A DNA stretch of 64,000 bases from an uncultured Acidobacteriota bacterium (GCA_963771415.1 CAVYTI010000004.1:822723-886722); one strand, 5' to 3'; counted from the stretch's first letter, positions 9,631 to 21,051 are shown. The notes: generated by a model from the sequence alone, not told the origin. A program made the numbers and translations.

Positions 9631-9760
9631 CGGACCTGATCTCTTGCCGCGTATTCCGCGTATTTCGCGGCCGCATTCCGCGGCCCGACCCTGATGTCCG
9701 CCGCGTGATCCGCGTATTCCGTGGCCGTATTCCGCGGCCGTTTTCCGCGGCCCGCGGCCT
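9631..9760. repeat. degenerate tandem repeat array (13-nt unit G[TC]ATTCCGCGGCC nested in a duplicated unit of about 54-68 nt)
   Basis: Units seen: GTATTCCGCG (9651), ATTTCGCGGCC (9662), GCATTCCGCGGCC (9673), GTATTCCGTGGCC (9714), GTATTCCGCGGCC (9727), GTTTTCCGCGGCC (9740). CGGACCTGATCTCTTGCCGCG (9631) is echoed by CCGACCCTGATGTCCGCCGCG (9685). Confidence 0.7.
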
Positions 9761-9771
9761 ACAATTGATCC

Positions 9772-10462
9772 GTGGCTGCCCTCGAGACCGTCTTTCTGGA
9801 CGCCGGCGGCGTTCTCCTCTTCCCCAACTGGCACCGGATCAGCGATGCGCTCGCCCGGCAAGGCGTGGTCGTCTCTGCGGCGGCGCTGTCAGCGGCCGAA
9901 CCGCATGCGCGCCGCGTGCTCGACGACCAGCAGGTCGTCGGCGCGACAACCGACGCCAATCGCGGCTGGCTGTTCTTCGATCTGATTCTCGACAAAGCTG
10001 GCGTCACGGCATCGGCGGCCACGAATGCGGCGCTCGCCGAGCTGCACGAGTATCACGTCGCGAACAACCTGTGGGAGTTGGTGCCCGATGATGTTCGCCC
10101 GGCGCTGACCGCGCTGCGCGACCTGGGCCTGAAGCTGACGATCGTGTCGAATGCGAACGGGACACTCTGTGCGCACCTGGCGCGGCTCGGCCTGGACAGG
10201 TTCGTCGACTGCGTGCTGGATTCCTGCGACGAGCAGGTCGAAAAGCCGGATCCGCGGCTGTTCGAGATCGCGCTGGCCCGCAGTGCGGCACGGCGCGAAT
10301 CGACCATTCACGTGGGCGACCTGTACAACATCGATGTCGTCGGCGCGCGAAATGCGGGGCTGCGCGGCGTGTTGCTCGACGAGGCCGATCTGAGGCCTGA
10401 TGCGGATTGTCCGCGGGTGAAATCGCTGGCCGAGCTGGTGTCGCGGATTCGAGCCGGCGAAT

Positions 10463-10470
<8 letters not shown>
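9772..10470 (+). CDS. HAD superfamily hydrolase (subfamily IA-like)
   Basis: [14 protein letters not shown] (motif I), TIVSNANG (motif II), [35 protein letters not shown] (motifs III/IV). Confidence 0.85.
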
Positions 10471-12194
<1,724 letters not shown>

Positions 12195-12543
12195 GGGATC
12201 GAGCCTTTGATTATACCCAGCCACAGGCCCCAGGCCTAGGGCTCCGGACCGCGGTTTGAACTGCCAACCTCCTGTCCTGCTTCATGTTAGGGGGCACTAT
12301 CACCCCTTCCACGCGGGTGACCCGCGTGTCTCCGGATTTCGAGTGCAAATCCGAGAAAGACGTACATCTTCTGCAGCTGAGTGTGCTAGTTCGGAGCACT
12401 GTGCGCTGGCATCGATAAAGCCGCCAATCGGCGATCTCTGATTTTCCGGGAAAAATCCCTGCGTTGGCGGCGCGAACCCCGCGAAATCGAGCGGCGTGGT
12501 TCTTGCGCTGGCGCGCCCAGGTACGGATGAGGAGCCCATACCG

Positions 12544-13504
12544 ATGAAAGCTGCGCTCGGACGGGTCGAAGAGGTCAACAAAGAGCTTTGGGTGCTGCTG
12601 TCGTTGTTCGCCATCTGCCTGTTGCTCAACCTCGTCGTCGATGGGCAGCGGATGGTCCTCAGCTTCTACACGCTGCCCGACCCTCGGGTCGGCCTACTAC
12701 TACGGCCGCCGGCATGCGACGCTGACCGCGCTGGGCAGCGTCCTGCTCGTGGTCCTGATGACCTGGTACAACCCGGTGATGTTCGCCTCGGCCAGTGTGG
12801 CGACGGGCTTCGCGTCCACTAGGTGGATCGATATTACCGTCTGGGGCGGTGTGCTGATCATCATCGGCTACTCGATGGGCACCCTCTACGAGCACAAGAC
12901 TTCGCAGATCGACGAGCTCCGCGAGACCTACCACGGCGTGCTGCTGATTCTTCGCCACTTCATCGCCAAGGACACCTACACCGAGAACCATTCGTACCGC
13001 GTCTCGGTGTATGCCGCCACGATTGCGATGAGCCTGAATCTGCCGCACGAGCGTGTCGAGGACGTCCGCGCCGCCGCGCTCCTCCACGACATCGGCAAGC
13101 TCGACGTCAGTCGCGAGCTCCTCTACAAGGCCGCACGCCTGACCAAGGAGGAGTACGAGCAGATGCAGACGCACGTCCCGAAAGGCGTCAAGATGCTCGA
13201 ACCGGTCGGTGGCTCGCTGCGGCGCGTCATCCCGATCGTGCTCGCCCATCACGACAAGTTCGATGGGACTGGCTATCACCCGACCTCCGGCGACGGCATT
13301 CCGATCGAGGCGCGCATCCTCTCGGTCGCCGATGTCTACGACTCGTTGACCAGCGATCGGCCGTACAGAAAAGCGATGTCCCCCTTCGAGGCCAAGGACA
13401 TCATCGTCAAGGGCTCGGGCTCCGACTTCGATCCGCAGGTCGTCGGCGCATTCACCGACGCATTCAGACGCGGTGGCCTGGAGGTACCGGCGGTGGTCGT
13501 CTAG
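12544..13504 (+). pseudogene. membrane-anchored HD-GYP domain c-di-GMP phosphodiesterase, interrupted by one extra base near 12679 (as sequenced)
   Basis: Track ORF 12496..12822 gives MKAALGRVEEVNKELWVLLSLFAICLLLNLVVDGQRMVLSFYTLP. Track ORF 12641..13504 (+1 frame) continues TLGSAYYYGRRHATLTALGSVLLVVL..., then ENHSYRVSVYA...LLHDIGKL...AHHDKFDGTGYHP...ILSVADVYDSLTSDRPYRKA (HD and GYP motifs). GAGGAG lies 10 nt before ATG 12544. Confidence 0.85.
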
Positions 13505-13522
13505 ACCGACCGGTCCGGTGAT

Positions 13523-14851
13523 GTGAACATGGCGCTACCGCTGGCACTTGAAACTCTTGAAGCTCCGTCGCAGGACGAACGACGCGCGCACATCCGACAT
13601 GGCGCGACCGCCCTGCCGTGGATCAGCGTGTCGCGCCTGAGAAACGGTCCCTCTGTCTCGCTGATCGATTTGTCGGTGGGCGGCGTCCTGCTCGAAGCCG
13701 ACGTCCCGCTGCGCCCGGGCGCGCGTTTGACGCTCGAGATCGCCGGGCACGGCGACCAGCCGGCGATTGCCCCGATGCGGGTGCTGCGCTGCGAGATCGC
13801 CACGCTGGATCGGGCGACAGCGCGCTATCGCGGGGCGTGTGAATTCGTGCGGCCGCTGGAGCTTCCGGCGCTGATGGCCAGGCCTGAGCCGATCGATCCG
13901 GCGCAGCGATTCATGACGCTCGACGCGTCGCTCAAGATGCTGGTGGATCGCTACCGCCGCGATCCTGCAGGCAGCCTGGAGATTCCCGACGTCGTACGCG
14001 TCCTGCGAATGCTCGAAGCCCGCGCCTCGACCGTCGCCGACGGCGACTGGCTGGCGAGGCCGCTGGCCGACCTGCTGCCGACCGTCGCCGGTGCGCTCGA
14101 ACGTGGCGACAGCCCCAGACCGGTGCTGGCCGCCATCGAGTCGCGTCTGCGCGTGGCCCTGCCACAGGTCGACGTCCGGCTGACCGATGGTCCCCTGCCG
14201 CCAACCGGCAGCGGCGCCGAAATGATCCTGTTCCGCCCGGATCGGCTGACCGACCTCGGTTGCGTGCTCAACGTCGAGATGCCGCAGGGCAGCACCCTGG
14301 ACGACTGGCAGTTCAGGCTGCTCCGCGCGTCGATGCACCTGTGTTCGCTGTTCGATGCCAGCGCCACCACCCAAGACGTCTCCGAGCCGTCCGCGAGCGG
14401 CGCGCTCTGGCAACGGGTCGTCGTCCGCTATCTCGACGGCCGCCTGATTAAGGGTTTCTGCCGGGACTTCAACCCCTCGCAGTCGGAGTTTTCGGTGTGG
14501 CCGGCGCCGCACGCCCTCGAGAGCGAGCGGCTGGTACTCGGCGTGGAGGGGCTGAAGGCCGTTTTCTTCGTCCGTGATTTTGGCGGAGACTCCACCTACG
14601 TCGAGGAGAAAACCTTCGATCGTCCTTCGCACGGCCGTCGGGTGGAAGTCACCTTCTACGACGATGAAGTCATTGTCGGGACGACGCTCGGGTATCGTGC
14701 GGACGCAGCCAGCTTCTTCCTCAGCCCGGTCGACCCCAGGGCGAACAACATGCGCGTGTTCGTGTTGATGAGCGCCGTGCGCCACGTCCGGTTCCTCGGC
14801 AACGCCAGCGGAACCATCATCAATCGCGTCGAGGAATTCGTCCGGGCCTGA
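13523..14851 (+). CDS. PilZ domain protein with a C-terminal tandem beta-rich domain of unknown function
   Basis: N-terminal RRAHIRH...LIDLSVGGVLLEADVPLRPGARLTLEI matches the PilZ RxxxR and D/NxSxxG motifs. The C-terminal 140 aa shows two similar segments, RVVVRYLDGRLIKGF...AVFFVRDF and RVEVTFYDDEVIVGT...VRHVRFL. ATG 13529 is an alternative start. Confidence 0.8.
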   Translation: MNMALPLALETLEAPSQDERRAHIRHGATALPWISVSRLRNGPSVSLIDLSVGGVLLEADVPLRPGARLTLEIAGHGDQPAIAPMRVLRCEIATLDRATARYRGACEFVRPLELPALMARPEPIDPAQRFMTLDASLKMLVDRYRRDPAGSLEIPDVVRVLRMLEARASTVADGDWLARPLADLLPTVAGALERGDSPRPVLAAIESRLRVALPQVDVRLTDGPLPPTGSGAEMILFRPDRLTDLGCVLNVEMPQGSTLDDWQFRLLRASMHLCSLFDASATTQDVSEPSASGALWQRVVVRYLDGRLIKGFCRDFNPSQSEFSVWPAPHALESERLVLGVEGLKAVFFVRDFGGDSTYVEEKTFDRPSHGRRVEVTFYDDEVIVGTTLGYRADAASFFLSPVDPRANNMRVFVLMSAVRHVRFLGNASGTIINRVEEFVRA

Positions 14852-14910
14852 GTTGCTCGTTCTTCCGGTCGCACGGCCCCACGACCAACCGCAGTAAAGT
14901 TGATCCGGCC

Positions 14911-16083
14911 ATGACACGTACCTGCCTTGTCATCGGCGGCGGGATCTTCGGCGTCACGGCGGCGCTCGAGCTGCATCGCCGCGGGTGGCAGGTTCGACTC
15001 TTCGATCCCAGTCCAACCCCACGTACGGTCGCTGCCTCTACCGACATCAGCAAGGTCGTGCGGCCCGACTATGGCGCCGACGCCATCTACGTCGCGATGG
15101 CCGATGCCGCGCTCGACGGCTGGCACGCGTGGAACGGGCGGTGGGGGACGCCGCTCTATCACCAGGACGGCTTCCTCCTGCTCTCGAGAGAAGCGATGGC
15201 GCCTGGCGGCTTCGAATACGAGAGCTATCGGTTGCTCGAACGGACGGGCCACATTCTCGAACGGTTGGACGCTCACGGTCGGCGTACGCGGTTCCCGGCC
15301 TGGCCGCAGGACCAGTACCCCGACGGCTACCTGAATCCGCGCGCCGGCTGGGTGGAGAGCGGCAGGGTGCTCGAGCAGTTGACCGACGAGGCTCGCGCAA
15401 CAGGCGTGGAGTTGCGCGAGAACGCGCGGGTGACGCGGCTCCTCGAGCGCGGCTCCCGGGTGGTCGGGATCGAAATCGACAGCAAGGACGAGTTCCTCGC
15501 CGACATAGTCCTCGCTGCCGTGGGCGCATGGACGCCTGCCCTCATTTCAGGCCTGGACACGGTCATGTGGACGACCGGTCAGCCGGTCGTTCATTTCAAG
15601 GTCGATCGACCGGCCGACTGGCAGGCGCCGCGATTTCCGGTGTGGGCCGCGGACATCGCCCGCACCGGCTGGTACGGCTTCCCCGCTCTCGACGATGGAA
15701 CGTTGAAGATCGGACATCATGCAGCCGGTCGACGGGTGCACCCCGACGAGCCGCGCGGCGTCCGTCCGGAGGAGCTCGCCCGCTTCCGTGCGTTCGTCGA
15801 AGCCACCCTGCCGGCGCTGGCGACCGCGCCCATCGTGGGCAGCCGGTTGTGCCTCTATTGCGACACCTTCGATGGCGACTTCTGGATCGATCACGATCCG
15901 GCGCGCCGCGGGCTCGTCGTCGCGGCGGGCGACAGCGGGCACGGCTTCAAGTTCGCGCCGATTCTGGGGCCGTTGATCGCCGACGTGGTCGAAGGGCGGC
16001 CCAATGTCTGGGCGACGCAGTTCCACTGGCGCGAGCGCGTGCACGACTCGAAGGAGGCGGCCCGGGCGATCGACGCTATCTGA
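14911..16083 (+). CDS. FAD-dependent oxidoreductase (DAO / sarcosine oxidase-like family)
   Basis: MTRTCLVIGGGIFGVTAALELHRRGWQVRLFD is a Rossmann GxGxxG dinucleotide fold. ...AAGDSGHGFKFAPILG is a typical DAO family C-terminus. Confidence 0.85.
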   Translation: MTRTCLVIGGGIFGVTAALELHRRGWQVRLFDPSPTPRTVAASTDISKVVRPDYGADAIYVAMADAALDGWHAWNGRWGTPLYHQDGFLLLSREAMAPGGFEYESYRLLERTGHILERLDAHGRRTRFPAWPQDQYPDGYLNPRAGWVESGRVLEQLTDEARATGVELRENARVTRLLERGSRVVGIEIDSKDEFLADIVLAAVGAWTPALISGLDTVMWTTGQPVVHFKVDRPADWQAPRFPVWAADIARTGWYGFPALDDGTLKIGHHAAGRRVHPDEPRGVRPEELARFRAFVEATLPALATAPIVGSRLCLYCDTFDGDFWIDHDPARRGLVVAAGDSGHGFKFAPILGPLIADVVEGRPNVWATQFHWRERVHDSKEAARAIDAI

Positions 16084-16085
16084 TC

Positions 16086-17568
16086 TCAGCGCGCCAGCGT
16101 TTGCCCAGGGTGGGCGTTCGTCGTGTCGCCATCCCACACGACGGTGCCCGACACGAATACCTTCTTGATCCCGATCGCCAGGGTCGCTGGCTGTTGGAAG
16201 GTCGATCGATCGGCGACGGTGGCCGGATCGAAGAGGACGAGGTCCGCGACCGTGCCGGCGGCAATACGGCCGCGGTCCTTGCGGTGCAGCCGGTCGGCCG
16301 GGGCGGAGGTCATCTTTCGGACCGCCTCCGGCAGCGTCAGCCACTGCTGATCCCGGACGAACCGGCCGAGCACTCGTGGAAACGTGCCGCTGCTTCGCGG
16401 ATGGCGCAGGCCGATGCCGCCGTCGCTCGCCACCATCACCCACGACTGCTGGTAGAACGTGCGGATGTCCTCGTCCAGCATCGACTTTCCGATCACGCTG
16501 GCGCCGCCGTCCTTGACGATTCTGATGAACAGCTCCACCGGCGTGATGTGTTGATCCCGCGCGATCGCCTCGAGCGACCGGAACTCGTACTCGGGGTGCG
16601 CTTCGTCGCGATCGATCGTGACGTTGGCCGCTCCGCCGACGTCGTCGAGCGCTTTGCCGACGCTGACCGGATCGTCATATCGCTTGTTCGGGACCAGCAC
16701 CGTAATCGTCGAATGCCACGCATCGTACGGATAGCAGTCCGCGGTCACGTCAACGCCGCGGCGTCGTGCCTCGTCGATGAGGGCGACGGCCTCCGTCGCG
16801 CGACGCCAGACTCCCACCGTTCCCAACTTGATGTGTGAGATCTGAACCGGCAGGTGAGCCTGCTCTCCGATGGTGATGGCCTCTCGAAATGCCTCGAACG
16901 CCCGGTCCGCCTCGTCGCGGATATGGCTCATGTAGAAGCCGCCGTACTGTCCGGCAACCTTCGCCAGCGCGATCAGCTCCGGGGTCGTGGAATAGCTGCC
17001 GACCTCGGTACTCGAGCCCGCTGGAGAGCCCGACCGCCCCTTCCCGCATTCCCTGATCGACGAGCGTCTGCATGCGCGCGATCTCGTCATCGCGCGCGGG
17101 ACGCTTGTAGTCGTCGCCCATGACCGCGCGCCGTACCGTCGCGTGTCCGACCATCACCATGACGTTGAGCGCAGCCGGACGGCGCTGTCGGTCGGCCAGG
17201 TACCCGGCGATCGGCCATGGCGACGATCCGTCGGCGCCGACGACGATGGTGGTGATGCCCTGGGCGACCTGGGTCTCGGCGGCGGGATCGCTGTCGAGGC
17301 CGGTGGTCGAGTGGTTGTGAATGTCGATGAACCCCGGCGCGAGGACGAGACCCTTTGCGTCGATGATCGCGTCGGCCGCGTCGGGCGCGGAGTCGCCGAC
17401 ACTCACGATGCGATCGCCCTCGATCCTGACCGTGGCGGTCCGCACCGGTGCGCCAGTTCCGTCGGCGATAGTGGCGCCGACAATCGCCGTCGAGCGGGCC
17501 GACGACGACAGGCCGGCCAGGGCGAGGCACCCGACGGCAACGAGCGTGACTGCGCGAGCGATTCTCAT
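16086..17568 (-). pseudogene. secreted amidohydrolase (D-aminoacylase-like), interrupted by one extra base near 17007 (as sequenced)
   Basis: Track ORF 16750..17619 gives signal peptide MRIARAVTLVAVGCLALAGLSSSA, ...LAPGFIDIHNHS..., ...REGAVGLSSGLEY. Track ORF 16086..17090 (+1 frame) continues EVGSYSTTPELIALAKVAGQYGGFYMSHIRDEADRAFEAFREAITIGEQAHLPVQISHIKL...VASDGG... Confidence 0.85.
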
Positions 17569-17657
17569 GGGCGGCAGCGGCCGCCACATCTTAGCCCAGC
17601 ACTTCCTGGTGGCCGGCACCGAAAAGCTGACGGCCGCCTCAAAACTCGCTACTATTA

Positions 17658-18290
17658 TTGCCTCGACATCATTCCATGGACCCCCTGGATTCCGTGCCGG
17701 CGGCGACGAGTGCCGCGGGTCACGTACCGGCCGCCGATTCCTCCCTCATTCTCGTCATGCGGGCGCAGGAGGGAGACCAGCGCGCAAAGGAGGAGCTGTG
17801 TGCGCGATACCTCCCTCGCTTGAAGCGTTGGGCGCGAGGCCGGCTGCCGGTCTGGGCGCGCGAACACCTCGACACCGAAGACATCGTCCAGGAAACGCTG
17901 GTCCGCTCCATCGCCCAGCTCGAGGGATTCTCGCCGACGCACGAGCACGCCTTCTGGGCCTACACTTGTCAGGCGCTGCGCAATCGGATGCGCGACGTTG
18001 TCCGCCGTGCCCAGCGCCGGCCGGCAACCGGTGAATTGACCGAGGAGCACGTCGCCGACGACCCTTCTCCCCTCGAGCTCGCGGTCGGCCGCGACACGCT
18101 GCGCCGATACGAAAGCGCGCTGCAGCGGCTGCGGCCGATAGACCGTGAGCTGATCGTCGCGAAGGTGGAGCTGGGCTTCGAGTACACGGAAATCACCGAG
18201 CTGCTCGGCAAGGCGTCGATCGGCGCCACGCGCGTGGCGGTGAGCCGGGCGCTGATTCGTCTCGCAGGAGAGATGGGGATTGACCGATAG
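17658..18290 (+). CDS. ECF-type RNA polymerase sigma factor (kinase-associated type)
   Basis: Region 2 is LCARYLPRLKRWARGRL...EDIVQETLVRSI. Region 4 is IDRELIVAKVELGFEYTEITELLGKASIGATRVAVSRALIRL. It overlaps the downstream Ser/Thr kinase gene by 11 nt. ATG 17676 is an alternative start. Confidence 0.88.
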   Translation: MPRHHSMDPLDSVPAATSAAGHVPAADSSLILVMRAQEGDQRAKEELCARYLPRLKRWARGRLPVWAREHLDTEDIVQETLVRSIAQLEGFSPTHEHAFWAYTCQALRNRMRDVVRRAQRRPATGELTEEHVADDPSPLELAVGRDTLRRYESALQRLRPIDRELIVAKVELGFEYTEITELLGKASIGATRVAVSRALIRLAGEMGIDR

Positions 18291-21051
18291 GCCGGAAGAT
18301 CTCTGGCTGATCGGTCTGGCCGCCGATGTCTGCGAGGGACGCCCCGTCGACTGGCGACGCGCCGAGAGTCAGGTCGCCAGCCCGGAAGTCGACGCGATTC
18401 TGCGCGGCCTCAAGCGAATCGCCGGCGTCGTCGACGCGCATCGCAGCATCGCCGAGCCAGCGGCGCCCAGCGATGCTTCCGTCCAGGATCATCCGAAGGT
18501 CTGGCGCCATCTCGCCGTGCTGGAGGTTGCCGGCATCGGGGCCTTCGGAACCGTCTACCGTGCCTGGGACGCGCGGCTCGAACGTGAAGTCGCGCTGAAG
18601 CTCCTCACGGTTTCCGGCAATCGCCTGCCGTTGACGGAAGCGCAGCATCTGGCGCGCGTTCGCCATCCCCACATTGTCACGGTCTACGGGGCCGAACAGA
18701 CCGAGCAGCAGGTCGGCATCTGGATGGAGTTCATCGAGGGAGAGACGCTGGCCGATTCGGTGGGGCAGCGGGGCTCGATGAGCGCGCGCGAAGTGGCTGG
18801 CATCGGCATCGATCTGTGCCGCGCCCTGTCGGCGCTGCATGCGGCGGGCCTGGTTCACCGCGACGTCAAGGCGCAGAACGTGATGCGCGAGGTCGGCGGA
18901 CGGATCGTGCTGATGGATTTCAGCGGGTCGGGGGCGCTCGATCCGGGTGAATCAGGGCCCGAGCTGTCGGGCACGCCACTCTACATGGCGCCGGAACTGC
19001 TCGAGGGATTTCCTGCCTCGCCGGTGACCGACACCTACAGCGTGGGTGTGCTGCTCTTTTATCTCCTGTCCGGCTACCTGCCAGTTGCCGGATCGTCGCT
19101 GGCCGACGTCCGGCGCGCCCACATCGAGGGCAAGCGGATCCACCTTCGGGATCTGCGACCGGATCTGCCGGACACCGTGGTGGAGATCGTCGAACGGGCG
19201 GCGCATCCGGATTCCGGATCGCGCTATTCCACTGCCGGCGATCTGGAACACGCGCTCGCCGGCGTGCTCGGCGCAGCGCCGCCGATTCGACTGCCCGCGG
19301 GCCCTGCAGTCGACGATCGACGGGCGGCGTGGAGCTGGCGCGAGGCCGGCTGGGCGATCGGTCTCCTGACGCTGGTCGTCGCGGCGCTCCTCGGCGTCCT
19401 GCTGTTTCGACCGCCTGTCCCGGCGACGAATCCCCGAATGGTCCGGCTGACGCTTGGCGCACCTTACAACACCGCGAGCTGGCCGCGACTGTCTCCGGAC
19501 GGCCGGCTGCTGGTATACGGAACGGTTGTCGATGCGGGGCCGGTGCTCTGGCTCAGACCGCTCGATACCGATGCGGGACGGCCGCTCACTGGAACGGTCG
19601 CGCTCGAGAGTCCGTTCTGGTCGGCGGACTCCAGGCAGCTTGGCTTCTTTGCCGAGGGCAAGCTCAAGACGATCGATGTCGACAGCGAGCGCATCGAGAC
19701 GCTGACCGACGTCGGCCGGCCGCGCGGCGGAGCCTGGAATGACTCCGGCGTCATCGTCTTCTCGACCGACACGGGCCTCGACCGGATCGACGCGGGGGGG
19801 AGCCGGCGCCAGCACCTGACCCTGCTCGACACGAAGGGCGGCGAGTATCAGCATGGCTGGCCGCAGTTCCTGCCCGACGGGCGACGGTTTCTCTACGTCG
19901 TCCGCAGCAACGTCGAGGCCAATGCCGCCGTGTACATCGGCTCGCTCGACTCGCCGATCAAGCAGCAGCTGATGCCGGCGTATTCGCGCGTCGTCTACTC
20001 TCCGACGGGTCACCTGCTGTTCGTTCGGCGCGGGACGCTGATGGCGCAAGGATTCGACCCCAGGTCAGGCCAGTTGTCCGGCGAACCGCAGCCGATCGCC
20101 GGCCCGGTCAAGTTCCACGCGGGGAACGATGCCGCGTTCGATGTTTCGAACGACATCCTCATCTACCGTCTGGACGAGGGTCTCGCCTCCTCGCGTCTCG
20201 AGCTGCTCGATCGCCGGGGCCATGAGGTGCAGACGATCGACGGCCCGGCCTCGTTCAGGCAGCCGCGCTTCGCGCCCGACATGAATCGCATCGCCGTCGA
20301 GAAATCGACGCCGCAATCGCTCGACTCCAACATCTGGGTCTACGACATCGAGCGGCGCAGCGCGGCGCAGGTGACGACTTCGGGAACTGACGTACGGCCG
20401 GTCTGGTCACCCGACGGGCGACGCCTCATCTTCTCGGCGAAACGCGGCGCCTTTTACAACTTGTACGACAAGGCGGCCGACGGATCCGGCGACGAGCATC
20501 TCATCGACGACTCGCCCTACGACAAGCTGATCGAGGATTGCTCGGCGGACGGACGAACGCTGGCGGTTTTCGTGCCGCGACGTGGCCTGTGGCTCTACGA
20601 CGTCGCCACCCGCACACACGTGATGATCCGTTCGACGACAACCGCCGGCGCGATGCAGGCGCAGTTCTCGCCCGACTCGAAGTTCATCGCCTACGCGATC
20701 GAGTCCGAGGGCTCGGGCCAGGTCATCGTCGAGCCCTTGCCGACGACCGGCGTACGGTGGCAGGTCTCGCGGGGCGCCGGGGCCGAGCCCCATTGGCGAG
20801 CCGACGGCCGTGAATTGGTCTATGTATCGGGGGATGGCTGGCTGATGTCGGTCGCGATTCCGGCCGACCGTGCGTTCACGCCGTCAGCGCCGCAGCGGCT
20901 CTTCCAGATAACGATTCCCGAGCTGTTCGGGCCGGCCGACTCCACGATTTCGCGCGACGGCAAGCATTTCGTGATCAATCAGCTGGTCTCCTATCCGAAC
21001 GCTCCGTCCATTCACGTCGTCGCCAACTGGCCCGGGCTCATGAAGCCGTAG
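18280..21051 (+). CDS. Ser/Thr protein kinase with TM segment and C-terminal TolB-like (PD40/WD40-like) beta-propeller
   Basis: Kinase motifs: GIGAFGTVYRAWDARLEREVALKLL, HRDVKAQNVM, DFSGSG, GTPLYMAPE. TM segment WAIGLLTLVVAALLGVLLF. Repeated PD40 units: LSPDGRLLVYG, FLPDGRRFLYV, WSPDGRRLIFS, FSPDSKFIAYA, WRADGRELVYV. Confidence 0.9.
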   Translation: MTDRPEDLWLIGLAADVCEGRPVDWRRAESQVASPEVDAILRGLKRIAGVVDAHRSIAEPAAPSDASVQDHPKVWRHLAVLEVAGIGAFGTVYRAWDARLEREVALKLLTVSGNRLPLTEAQHLARVRHPHIVTVYGAEQTEQQVGIWMEFIEGETLADSVGQRGSMSAREVAGIGIDLCRALSALHAAGLVHRDVKAQNVMREVGGRIVLMDFSGSGALDPGESGPELSGTPLYMAPELLEGFPASPVTDTYSVGVLLFYLLSGYLPVAGSSLADVRRAHIEGKRIHLRDLRPDLPDTVVEIVERAAHPDSGSRYSTAGDLEHALAGVLGAAPPIRLPAGPAVDDRRAAWSWREAGWAIGLLTLVVAALLGVLLFRPPVPATNPRMVRLTLGAPYNTASWPRLSPDGRLLVYGTVVDAGPVLWLRPLDTDAGRPLTGTVALESPFWSADSRQLGFFAEGKLKTIDVDSERIETLTDVGRPRGGAWNDSGVIVFSTDTGLDRIDAGGSRRQHLTLLDTKGGEYQHGWPQFLPDGRRFLYVVRSNVEANAAVYIGSLDSPIKQQLMPAYSRVVYSPTGHLLFVRRGTLMAQGFDPRSGQLSGEPQPIAGPVKFHAGNDAAFDVSNDILIYRLDEGLASSRLELLDRRGHEVQTIDGPASFRQPRFAPDMNRIAVEKSTPQSLDSNIWVYDIERRSAAQVTTSGTDVRPVWSPDGRRLIFSAKRGAFYNLYDKAADGSGDEHLIDDSPYDKLIEDCSADGRTLAVFVPRRGLWLYDVATRTHVMIRSTTTAGAMQAQFSPDSKFIAYAIESEGSGQVIVEPLPTTGVRWQVSRGAGAEPHWRADGRELVYVSGDGWLMSVAIPADRAFTPSAPQRLFQITIPELFGPADSTISRDGKHFVINQLVSYPNAPSIHVVANWPGLMKP

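Noticed and set aside
9631-9760. CRISPR array
   Set aside because: The repeat units are only about 13 nt, degenerate and contiguous without unique spacers. There are no cas genes in the window.
12210-12215. TATAAT -10 box for glnS (minus strand GGGTATAATCAAAGG)
   Set aside because: The -35 region (TAGGCC) is poor, and the hexamer lies inside the alternative longer glnS reading frame starting at 12224. The evidence is too weak to annotate as a promoter.
12240-12330. tRNA or tmRNA-like element (GGCAGTTCAAACC on the minus strand resembles a T-loop)
   Set aside because: The flanking bases do not form a T-stem (GGCAG is not complementary to the following CCGCG). No acceptor, D or anticodon arms could be drawn.
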